Of a DNA stretch of 64,000 nt, positions 47,286 to 59,415 are shown piece by piece. Source of the DNA: Halocafeteria seosinensis (Eukaryota). Position 1 is the stretch's first letter; every line of letters starts with the position of its first letter. The DNA is taken from assembly GCA_001687465.1 (NCBI GenBank), contig LVLI01000121.1:1-64000 (forward strand), read 5' to 3'. The translations under genes were made by a program, and so were the position numbers. The notes below the pieces were generated by a model, which saw nothing but the letters and a program-made list of their open reading frames with translations, had not been told where the DNA came from and did not search any database.

Positions 47286-50200
47286 TTATGTCGACATATT
47301 GTGTAGGATGGACTGCACGGCTTTACGGATATCGGCCAACGATTCCATGTGCTCCTCAATGTTGCTACTTCGTTCTTCAGAGTCATTGTCTTCTTTGATG
47401 GCAGGTGAACTTTTCGTTTTCGGCGTAATGGCGGAAGATGTGCTCGCAGTGTCTACCCGAGAGTTTGTTTGAGGTGACCGTCTTCCGCGTGTTGGAGCCG
47501 TCCTTGTTCGAGAATTCTGCTGCTGCCCATCTAAGGGAACTGCTTTTCCGATCCAGTCCTTAAGTTCTACAGGGAGATCGTCTTCGCTTATAGGCGCAGC
47601 GTTAACATTGGAACCTTGTCTCAACTTGAAGTAATACCCGAACTGCTTTCCCCATACTTGCAACCCACGTGAAGGGAGAGTGAACGAGCACGCCAGGTCA
47701 CTACTTAGTTGAAAAACTAGAACCTCTTCAGAGTTACAGGTCTCAGGAGTACTCCACTCACGAGACACGTTTCCATCTTGATCGAAATGACGGATGCTTC
47801 CGTCCTTGTAGCATATCAATTTTAGGTGCCCTTGAGAGTTCTGGATTGAACCTTCTCCGAGGGGATTCATATTAACGCAACACACTCGCTCCTTTGAGTA
47901 ACGCTTGGTCGTGTACGCATGAATGCTATATAGCTGTAAAGTATCGGGGGAGCTCGTCTCGGCATCGTCGTTTGCCAGTCTTTGTGCGACTGATACCATA
48001 TCGTCCTGGCGTTTCAACCAGCGTTGGAACGACTCGGTAGACTCGTCTATGTCTACAGTTATGCTGACCCGGCCACCATCCCCAAGCATCTTGGCAGTGC
48101 CGTTTGCGAACACTTTGACGAAGGGGATACCAGCTCTTGAGGAGTTTGACGATCGGCTTCTCATCGAAGCATCGCTCTTGCTCTTTAGTTTCCGCAAAGT
48201 TTCTTCCACATCATCAGTAACAGCACCTATACTGGTGGTACTCTGGGTGTCTGTCGCTGTCGAGGTTGAAAATGATTCTAGTGACCCATTTGAGAACGCA
48301 TGGAACACAACTTTGTAGTCATCGGAGTCACTAGCACAATGCTCCAAACCTGGAATTGCAAGGTCTGTCTCCAAGAAACGGCCAAACTCTTCCGCATCCT
48401 CTCTCCTCGTCGACCTCGAGTCTCCTCTAGCGGTATGGCTGCTCCTTGATGCCGCCCGTGAGTTCTTTGACACAGCGCGACCTATTCCACTGGAGCTTCC
48501 AAATTTCTTAGGGAACCCAATAGGGATATTCGCCTGCTTGCCTTCAAATGGAAGTTGGGACACAGCACCAAGAATTTCGCTCTCTTTATGGGAATTATCT
48601 TGTTCACCCGCGACCGTGTCTTCTGCGACATTTGTATCATTAGATAAATCTTCCACCGTGTAGGTTATCCCATCCATTTTGTAGGTGTAGACACCCTCTT
48701 CATGCGGACCCGCTGACTCCTTCTTCCTGTCATATGGAGATGTCTCGTTTATGGGACCTCGAGAAGTATCAGTCTCCTTTCGCCGCTTCGGTTCATTCGC
48801 TATCAAAGTCCCTGCGCGACTCGTCTGACGTTTGAAATCTGTGGCAGGTCCGTTTTTGTTCCGCCAGCCACTATTCAGCTGTATACCACGAATTCATCGA
48901 TAGAAAGCGTTGCATTCTCTGCAGAAGCTTGATGCAACTAACTTACCTTTCCAATGAGTTGTCTTCCTTCTTTTCCATTCTTGAACTCTGTCGCAGACTG
49001 CCTTAAACTTGCTGTTATTTTTTCGACCATGGGTGTTCCATCACTCTGCTCAAATGCACACATTACCTTAGCCGATGCGGATAAGGAAGCTACCAGTAGA
49101 AGGCGCATTGTTTGCTCAGAGAGATTTAATGCACTTTCGTCATCTTTATTGGGAAGAGCAACATTACTAATCAAAGATCCTAGCCGCGAGGTAAAGGCAG
49201 ATGAGCTAGAAGACGGGGTGAAGACCGGTTTTTTCGAGGAACACAATCCCGGGTTCCCTACTAACGTCACCTTTTCAAGAGTATGAAGACGTTGAAGAGC
49301 TTCTGTTATCTCCTGGAGACTAGCAATGTTATTCCATGACACATGTAGTTCTTGCAAGCTTTGAGCACAACTGCTAGTCAAATATAAAATAGTTCGCCCG
49401 GCAAAAAAACATAGTAAGTAGATCGTGTTCAGCTTACTTCTGCAACTGATTTTCGATGGCATAAATTCGGTTGTAATTCAAGTTCAAGACTTTCAAATTG
49501 TGCACGTCACTGAAAGTGCTTGTTTTCTCACACCAGTCGTCATTGGTCGGGATCGTCGCCAGACACTTCTCGTCAATCATTTTCATTGTATTGATTCTGT
49601 TATGTGACAAATTCAAAAAGTTTAGCTCATGGTTCTTCGTAATATCTGGAATTCTTCGTAGGCGATTGTGCTGCAGGCATTGCAGGAGAGTGGAATAGCA
49701 TCAGTCCTCCCCAGAAATGTCAAGGTACTCACACATGCCACTAATGCTCTTAACTTTGGAGCCGCACTCAGTCCACTTAGAAAATCAATTCTCTGCAGCA
49801 AATTACTAGAGAGAAGAGTTCCGCGCATCTTCACGAGACTCCTCTGCCAGGAAGTAATTACTTACCGTATTGGAAATGTTAATTTCCTCCAAGTGTTCAT
49901 ACCCGACGGGATCAATGCAAAAAGCTCTCAGCTTCTGTTCTTTCAGAATAGTACCGGCAACTGTACCTCCAAGAGTATCTCGCTGTTTCGAGATCTCCGT
50001 ATGGGAGAACTCTTGCTCATCATTATCATTATCATGTTCACTTGCTTCGCCGTGGTCAACTTCTGAAGCCGAAGCACTCCCATGGCCATTTTCATCCGGG
50101 GCAGTTCTGCCTTCAGGGGCAGAATCCTCTTCATATGGCGCCTGGCGTTCCTCCGCTGGGGCGTCGATAGGCTCATTAGCATCGTAATAATCATCATAAA

Positions 50201-50618
50201 CCTCCGTTGACGTATTTGCAGCCGTTATGGGGCTCGGTTGCTCCCTTGTTTCGTCCTTTTCAGGGCGAAAATACGGCAGCGGTTGCGTTCGCTCCTTGGC
50301 AGTGACATGCACCGAGTAGGAGGAGTGGGTATCACCGAATGTTTCGCCTCCGTTGCCCTGTATAAAGCCATTGTCTTCCTTCTCCTCCTCCGTGTGAAGT
50401 TGGGGAACGTTGATCGGTGAGTACCTCTGCTCCATTATCCCACGTTCACTGTCGTCTCCCCTATCGACTCCATTATCGATCTCTTTTATTTTGTGACCAA
50501 AGGTACTTGCAAAACGAATGCTCAATGGCCGTATAAAACACTGGGGAGCATTCCCCGAATGCGCAACTTCAACTTCAACTTTGTCCATTATCACGTCTAT
50601 TTGATCTTGCATGCGCAT
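47286..50618 (-). CDS. SDS22-like leucine-rich-repeat protein with a FAM194/ERICH6-like C-terminal region
   Basis: LRR units LEEINISNT, LSSNLLQRI, LSHNRINTM, LKVLNLNYNRI, LQELHVSWNNI, cap LEKVTLVGNP; C-terminal ORF with FSNGS, FANGT, YKDGSIRHFDQDGNVSREWS..LVFQLS; linking intron near 48880-48946 inferred; true start may be about 50435. Confidence 0.65.
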
Positions 50619-50968
50619 CTGAAGCTGTATATGTCCTCATATCTTAAAATCCATAGTGGTCATGGATAGGTAGAGGTGTAGGTCGTGTTCGAAAGAGTGG
50701 AAAATTCAGCGACAGACTTGGGCGAGCCGAAGTTGCGACCTAGTCGACCCCGGTCATAAACCAAGCTATACGCACTATTTCAAGTGTGTTGTTTCACATT
50801 CCGTGGCTCATATCGCATCTTATTATCTCTTTGCATGCATGTTCGCTCCGATCGAATGGGAATGGAAAGTCTGTAATGGTGAATACGGGAGGTCGCCACT
50901 TCTTTAACGTCTGCGGCTCGTGCTGGCCCTAATTCTTCGGTATCCATCCACTAGAAAGTGCCTTCGAG

Positions 50969-53900
50969 ATGTCGAGCCCTCTCAATTCGTCTTCTTCAAA
51001 TGACCCACCCCAGCAGCAGCAGGCAGAACAAGGGGAAAAGGTGAAACCGGAAAGAAGTCCCAGCGCGTCGGCTGCGACGACCCCCGGGTTGTCAGCAACG
51101 CAGACAAAGAATGGGAAGAACCAAACGAGTGGGTCCAAGGGACCTCGAAATGATGGTACAGGATCATCCAAAGAAGATGAATTTGCGGCCATGGACGGGG
51201 GGACCCAAATCACTTTTTCGCAAGTTAAGGCATTTTCCAGTCCGTTACCGGTGCGGCATACGTACCATCAGATGCAAAAGCAGCGCTCGTCGCTTGCTCA
51301 GAATGCTGAGAATGAAAAGAAAGAGAAGATTCCTGAACAGAGTGAAGTTGTTTTCACTTGCCATTGTGCCGACACAGGTAAGAAGAATGCCATGTTCGAC
51401 AGTGACACACACTCTATGCACAAACGCTTTGAGAATGCAGGGTCTCGTCGGAGAGTTAAACTGTATAGGCAACGGATTGAAGGATCCACAGAGTACCAAG
51501 AACGAGCAAAAAAGATAGAACAGTCTCAGGACGTCAATGGGTTCTGGGGTTCTTGTTATGCTGGGTTCCAGGAAGAAATTCAACGTGACCTCAACGGTAG
51601 GCGACACAGAACGGAAGCCGAAACTGAGAGCGGTGCCAAGAGCTCTAGGGCAAAGCCGAGCACTGAAAGCACTACTACAATGCTTACATACGGTCACTAT
51701 TTTGGTGGGAGATCAGATGGTGCCATAATCGGTTGGCTTCTTTCCCGTCGGATGGGGCAGTATGCATACCATGAACGGACAATAGGCTGGCATGCAGGGA
51801 AGGTGACGTCCATGGCGTTTCTCGAATTTTGCGAAGGTATGTAGAATATTCTACTGGCATAGTTTACTTGATCTTATGAACCAATTGCGATGCTAGCAGA
51901 CTACTTTGGGGGTTTGCTGTTTACTGGGTCCACCGACTCAAGAGTCCACATATGGGATCCGTGGGCGGAACACCCTCAGTCAATGCTTGTCCAAAGCCTT
52001 ACAATTCATATGGGTGCTATAACATCACTCGAACTGATGGGATTACAGCTAGTAAGCGCTAGCTTTGATGGCACTTGCGTTGTCTGGAATCCAAACTTTC
52101 AGAAGGAGTGCTCGCGACCCTACTATCTGCATTACGAACCGATTCAACGTATCCGTTTACCACAAGATGCCTGGGCATGCGGTGCTTCTTTGGTCAATAT
52201 CCATTTGGGAAGAAGTTTAGTGATAGGGGATAGCCTCGGACGGGTGCACGTGTACATTAATAATGCGGACACCAACTCCCCACAGTCCAAGGACGGCAAA
52301 GAAATCAAAGGTGGTGCAGATGAGATGGAGACGCTTGGTGGGGACTACAAATTGTATCGTTCTTACACAGAGCTTCATAAATTGAGAATCACGTTTATGG
52401 CACACTTGGAAAACACAAGTCATATAGCAACCATTGCGACGGATCACACATGTAAAATAACGGATATAGTGTCCGGAAGAGTGCTGTGCACAGTGGTTCA
52501 TCCAGCATTTCGACCGGTCCTGCCTTCACTGATGGAATCCATGACCATGTCAAGGACTGCTGCACGCGTTGCTAGCGTTATTTCGAAAGCTGCAGATAGG
52601 ATGGTGGGCAAGAAAGCTAGCGATCCGACCAATGAAGAAGGAGCATCTTCCATACAAATTTCTCAGCTTGCAGATGAGCTGATTTCTGAAGATGCGGAAG
52701 CTGCCCTAGGTTCGTCCCGACTGGCAAAAACACTCTCTGATTGTATTTTTGTTTGTTGTGAATGGGATGAACACTACCAGCAGTTGTATCTTTCTGATAG
52801 GGCAGGCCGAATTTTCGCATGGAACATCTATGCCAATGTCTGCGTTATGCAGGCTGACCTGCAGCACCCGAAACAATGCCCGTTCGTCAACGTCCGGGGG
52901 AAAGAAGCTGAGAAGGAGAAGCGCAAACGAAAGGAGCTGGAAGAGCTGGAGAAGTCGATGCCAAAAGCGGGACATCTGCCGGTAGCGGACACTGGCGTTC
53001 TAGCGACGCAAGATGATATAGAGGAAGGTTCTTCCGAGGAGATAGAGTTCGAAAGCAAGGAGGCAGCAATACTGATGACAGATGTTGACGATATCCGCAG
53101 AAAATATTACAGGCGTGCAATTCGTGTTAAGAATGGGTATTTCACAGAGCATGATGCGGCGGTGATANCGCCGGTGAGTTCGCAATCGGGAAGGGAAGCT
53201 TCGCTGGGAAAGAATACTCCGAAAACTAACTCTGCAACCAAGCAGCGTTCGATAGCAAATGAGAAAAAGATGAAGTTGTTTACCCATTCTTTTGGGATAC
53301 GGCGAGAGGGGGAACTCATATATTTATCCATAACGTTGGGTCACTGCGTCTATGAACTAAGTGTTGACAGAACTTCGGTAACGGCTTGGAAGAAGCATCA
53401 CACGGGTGCCTTGCTGGGGCTTCATGTGGAGAGCCCTGAGTCCTGCATACAAAGTGTGGATAGAAAAGCAGGAAAGAGAATCATGCCCGGAATGTGCCGA
53501 TACCGGCACAGCGGCGCCGTTACAAAAAATGGTATTATGCTTTCTGCCTCTCGAGACAACAGTCTTGTTTGCTGGGATCTTTGGAACGTGGAACCGTTAT
53601 ATCGCTTAGTGGCCTTCCAGCATGGGAGCGCGGATGGCACTTCTTTTTCGGAAACTGCCAAATTGCAGAGTGAAGTTACCTCCCTATGCTATTTGCCTAA
53701 TCCGGAAATTTTGCTCACAGGACACAATGATGGAACACTATTGGTTTGGAAGAAAGATAGCAAGGAACAGGAGAAATATTACTATCACAGTGGAACCATA
53801 TCTAGCATTATGGCTCTCGAAAGCAGGGATGGTTCGTATCAAGTCATTAGCTCCGATCATTCTGGTATGTTATGCATATGGAAGCAAGAAGGTGAACGTC

Positions 53901-56144
53901 TTAGATTTGCGAAGAAAAAACATTTGATCAAAGACATAACCAACATGCCTCAAAAGATGCAAAAGTTGCTATACGGTACTCCGGAAGAATCTGAGCGTAA
54001 AACACAGGCCGAGGAAATGTTGTACACGTTGCATTTGTCTGGGTCTAATATCCCTCGAATCCGGACTATTCAAGCAGCGTTGTCGGCTACGAAGGGACGG
54101 CGGCATTCCCTCTTGGGCAGAAGACTTTCTGCACGTCTCTCCATACCATTAGAGGACAAGGGGGAAGAGAGGCGGCGGTCTCAAATCGAATCGGCTAGGG
54201 ATGAACTTCATCAAAGGGGTGTAGCCATAACCTGTATAGCTTTATTTCTTCCTGTGCGGGAAGGGTCGGATGATTTAGTCATTGTAGGTTGCGAAGATGG
54301 TATAGTAAGAATTTTCCTCGTGACCGATGTAGTTTTGGTGTCAATGCTGGATACGACCCTGGCAACGAGACCGGTAAGTTTTAGTTTCATTTGACTACCG
54401 AAGCTAGCTTGCTTTGCTTTCACCGCTCTGGAGGAATCGATGTCTGCAGCTTAATCGAGAACAAAACTCGCCTTCCCAAATCAGCCAAGTATGCTGCTGC
54501 AGGCAGACGGTATCAGCTATTACTGCCAACAACAGTCTATTCACTTGGGACATTACGGAACTAGCTAACCCTCATTCTCGCGAAAAACATTCGAAACGGT
54601 CTGCGAGTAGTTTACGCCGCGGATCGGAAGATCCTAGGTCTCCGAAAGCAAAGGCAAGTAGTACCCGCAGAAACACGATTATGGGAAGTGAAGGTGCTAA
54701 CACCGCAGCTGACGTCGAGCTCACTGACGAGAAGGTTCGTCCTCAAATATCCCCCCCTCTAGCGCCGTTGACTTTCCATACAACAGACGCCTGTAGGCGC
54801 CGGAAGAAGCTCTCTAATGTGGTCGTTAATGTTCTCACCTCGCTTCCCTTGCTAAATCCTCCTTGTATTGCTACTGCGGGAAGTGATGGATACATCCGCC
54901 TCTGGTCCGTCAGCGAACAGTATCGTGGGAAGACAACGTCCCCACATGAGCAAGTGTACTCCATATACCAACACGATATGCACGAATTACAATCAAACGC
55001 GAATTCGACCTCTTCAACCACTGAGGAAGACAATGTTCCTGTCTCTCACAGACTGTGCACCGAAGACGTGCTGGCTAGCCAGAATATTCACGACACTCTG
55101 GAACAGAAGCATGCAACCCGTGCTACAGCGCAGCAGTCGGTACACTTGTCCGCCCCGGTTGTTCAATTGCCGAACCATAGACATGAGCATTTGCCGGGCC
55201 TGGTTGATCTGAACTACCTAGTACAAGGAAGCAAAGAAACGTTCCACTCAATTGACAGGGAAATACTTAAGCAAAGCCAACGCGCTTCCGAAGAAGGACG
55301 GCCATCATCCGTGGGGCAAAAACCCCGCAATGGTTCCAACCAGATGTTAGACAAACAATACAAGGGAGAACTCGCGCGAGTAGTCTATGCGAATTCTGAG
55401 GCCGTGAGGAAGCAACGTCAACAGAGACAATTGCTAGCGTCACTTCCTGAGCTTTCGTACAAATCAGACTTCCAATCGAATTTTCCTACGACTCCTGCTG
55501 GCGCACATTCACTTTCTGCGTCACTTGCGGCGTGCGTTCGTCTCTCGCCACCCGAATCGATGATGAGTTCTCTTAGCAGTCGCGAGAGTCTAACCGATCC
55601 TAGCATTCAGCCAATACAATCACAGCCATGCAATTTTTGTAGTTTAGCCTACTTCCCGCGGGGTCATGCTATCGTCGCGGGGACATCAAGTGGCTATATG
55701 TGGCTCTTACCCCTTCCTTTGCGGTTCAAAGTATCTATTTCCTATCCGAAAGAGTCTACAGATAGTGGAATGCCTACTAGAGAGATATCGCGATTCCGGG
55801 TTCGTGATGAGAGCAAGAGGCTTGACGAGAGTACAACGGACCGCCTCCACGACGAGTCGACCAGTACGAGACTCTACAGTGTTGAGGAGCAAGAAGATAC
55901 AAAAGGGCAGTATGGTCCGCCTCCGCAGGAATATCAGGAGCTCCGGCAACTTGCCCAGATGAACGACTCACAATCCGACCGCTCAACTGCACGCAGGAAA
56001 AATGTTCTCGAACAGGTATTGAAGCCGCCTTCCCCTCGGCATAAAGACGAAATAGAGCGACAGACCAGAGAGTACAAAGACATTGATGCGGATGAACGAG
56101 CCCATAAGAGAATTCAGCTGACTGAATACATATACAAAAGCTGA
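50969..56144 (+). CDS. Large WD40-repeat protein
   Basis: HAGKVTSM, LFTGSTDSRVHIWD, LVSASFDGTCVVWN, LSASRDNSLVCWD, LLTGHNDGTLLVWK, IATAGSDGYIRLWS; three ORFs joined by two introns; one N at 53168. Confidence 0.85.
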
Positions 56145-56780
56145 ATACCAAGGGTAGAGCGAACCCCCTACATGCCGCTAAAACGGTTGCCACACCAGAG
56201 CTGCTGACAGGCAACTTACTTGCGGAGGGTGCTTCGCACTCACTGCACCTAGATTCCCGACCGTAGAGTGTGCAATTTATGTTGGGTACTCGTACTGGCC
56301 ACAAGTGGCACGTCTGTGTGTCTGCGTCCTGGTTTTCCAAGAAAGACAATAAGCAACACACACTTCCGGTGATGGGGAGTGCGGACTCAGAGAACCCGTA
56401 CATTCCACCATCAAGTGAGTGCTGTAACACTGTCAATTGCTACCGGGGTAAGATAGACCGGGTGAGCAACCCAAGTACTGTATCGTCTCATTCAACTAAT
56501 GGACCGAATTGGTTACCGTTGCTTGCGCACATACCTTTCAGTACCACTAGAGTATCCATTTTTCTCAAAACTTACCTTACGCTTAGGTTTTCCGCTTCGC
56601 TCCTCGGAAGGCTCCGACGGAAGCCTTTGGAAGGCGCTTCAAGTTGAAGCGGATGCCCGACTCCTCCTGGGGACAGTGCGTAGAAAAAAGAACTTCTTTC
56701 CGATCGCATAAAAGTCGGAGGTTCCTAGGGTTTGTGCGCTTCTACCCAAACAAAGGTTTCGTCTTGCAAGAACAAGAAAA

Positions 56781-58859
56781 ATGGTATTTTTCATGGGAAA
56801 TCCTCGAGCTCTCCTGTTCTCGGCGGCAGTGGTGCTCGCAGGATGTTCTTCCGCTCAAGCCGCTTTGTCGAGGGAAGCGATGATGCGCGCCATGAACTAC
56901 AAGGAGTCCGTCATTCGCGGGCAAGAGGATCATCCAATCCAACATGTCGTAGTACTGATGCTGGAGAACAGAGCATTCGATCACATGCTGGGGTGGATGA
57001 AAGCCGACAACCCGGAGATCCATGGCCTAACGGGGAATGAGTACAACCTGGATGATCCCTCTAATCCGAATTCACGCAAGTATTACGTCCATTCCAATGC
57101 CTCCTATGTGGACCCTGACCCCGGGCACTCTGTCCCCGATACGACGACCCAGATCTTTGGGTCACAAAATACCAACCACCAGGGAACAATGAATGGATTT
57201 GTGGCGCAAACCCATCAGAGGGGAATCCCTGCAGAATCGGTTATGAGTGGATTCAAGCCGGAAGATGTTCCCGTGATTACCACTTTAGGTAAGACTCTGG
57301 ACCCTCCTTTGCGGTGATGTGGGCATGGAGAGTTTACTCTTTTTTTTTCTTGGGTGTCGCAGCTAAAGAGTTTGCAATGATCGATGAATTCCACGCTGGA
57401 CTTCCAGGACCTACTCTCCCCAATAGACTCATGTTCCATAGCGCTACAACTCATGGAGATTGCACTGATGATGTGTGGGAGCAAGTCAAGGGACATCCGC
57501 AGAAACCGATCTACATGGCTTTACAAGAAGCTGGTAAGTTTCAGATTCCACGTGTAGCGGGGGTACTGCGGATCATTCTGTGCTTCTTTCTTTCTGGCTG
57601 GCAAGCAGGCCTCTCATGGGCACAATACTTTGAGGAAGGACCAGATGTACTCATTCTGGATCAAATGCGCAAATTGGAATATCTAGGGAACTATCACTGG
57701 ATGTCTACGTTCGAAAAGGATGCTGCAGAGGGCAAATTGGCCAACTTCTCTTTCATCAACCCCGCCTACTTCCCTGTCCCTGGAATCATCAATGCCTCTG
57801 ACCAACATCCTTCGCATGATGTCGTTGAAGGGGAGAAGGTAATCAAAAGAATATATGATGCTCTGAGAAACGGTCCCCTGTGGAACAACACCCTCTTTAT
57901 TGTCACCTATGATGAGCACGGTAAGTGATTGACCGTCTATCAACTTTCTGCTTTAGGTTGTGATATTATCCTCAAAACTTTGTGCACGATTTTGATCGTC
58001 TCAGGGGGATTCTATGACCATCAGACACCGCCATCGGAGGATATACCCAATCCTGATGGGCTTAACTGCACTGACGCGAACATTGATAATTTCCATTTCA
58101 ACCGACTTGGTGTACGGATTCCGTTTATCATGGCGAGCCCCTGGATCAACAAGGTAGGTAGCACCACGTGCCTTCGTCCGTTTCGGAATATCTGTTTCTA
58201 AGTCATTGTTTGTCGTACTCACAGGGTGTTATCGAGCATGGACCTAGCGGTCCCAAGGCGACAAACTCTTCGGCGTATGATCTCACTTCTGTGGCTGCCT
58301 CCATGCACTACCATTTCAACACCAGCAGTTTCCTCACTAAGCGGTAAGTAAACCATGCGCTATGATGATGCGATAGTTTCTCCTATACTTGAAGTATCAC
58401 AACTCTGGTTCGACGTTGCAGTGATGCCTGGGCTGCTACTTTCAACCATCTTCTCAACCAGCGGACCACCCCACGAACCGATTGCCCGACGCATATGCCA
58501 ACTCCTCCCGAGTCGTCTGGTTCATTCAAAGGACATCGTGGGCGCTACTTGCATTCTGGCTCTGCTCCATTATCCGATCTTCAGAAGAAGTTCCTCCAGC
58601 TTGCAGCCCATCTCAAACTCGATAGTGAAACAGATGAACAATTTCAGCAAGCTAAATATCAGGCTGAGAGGCTTGAGACTGAATATCAAGGGGTATGTTT
58701 CTGTGGCTGCTATTCTGAATTTCCCAATTACACTAATAATTTGCCAACTGTACCATTTCTTTGCAGGCTCTGTTCATGCGCGACCGTGTTAACCGCTTTC
58801 TGAAGAAAGACCCTCTGGAGCAGCCAACTCACCCATTCCACAAATTGGCTGGAAGGTAA
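56781..58859 (+). CDS. Secreted non-specific phospholipase C (phosphoesterase family, plant NPC / bacterial PlcH-like)
   Basis: Signal peptide; IQHVVVLMLENRAFDHMLGW, DPDPGHS, PGPTLPNR, DQHPSHD, TYDEH|GGFYDH, RLGVRIP; about six introns; stop at 58857-58859. Confidence 0.92.
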
Positions 58860-59415
58860 TCTATTGTGACTCTGGAAGAGAATGTATATATAATATACAC
58901 AGTAGATTCGTCTGACGATTTTATGTTCAAAATCACCGCTAAGCCGGCTACTCTCAGTTGTAAATCGAGACTTGAGGGCAAAAAGCATTATTCCAACGGG
59001 ACACAATCCCCGAAGCAAACCAGTTCTCACCACTGCCAGTTTGAAACACTCTCTTAGCTAATTCCAGGGGAAAAACCTTTTTGAACTCCGAAAGAAAACA
59101 TCAAGTGCTAGCTAATATATCCGGTAGGTAACTTCCCAATTCGTTGTCTCCGGGCATTCAGCCCGGATGCCGGGAATCCAGCCCGGAACCAACACTCCTT
59201 TCATCGAATGCACCGTATACAGTGTATACAGTAGGCCATCACGGGGGGGTGTCAATGCTTCACTTTCAGTTTTATTGCGAGGGTGCGCAGTTGCCCCTGT
59301 AAAACTCGTTTGGGTCGTGTAGCTGTGCGTATGAGGTGTTGAGCTTCGAATTGCCCAACGGAATCCTCATTCACATTGCCTTTTAAAGTGTTTTTCGCGT
59401 CATTTAAAGAGCATC

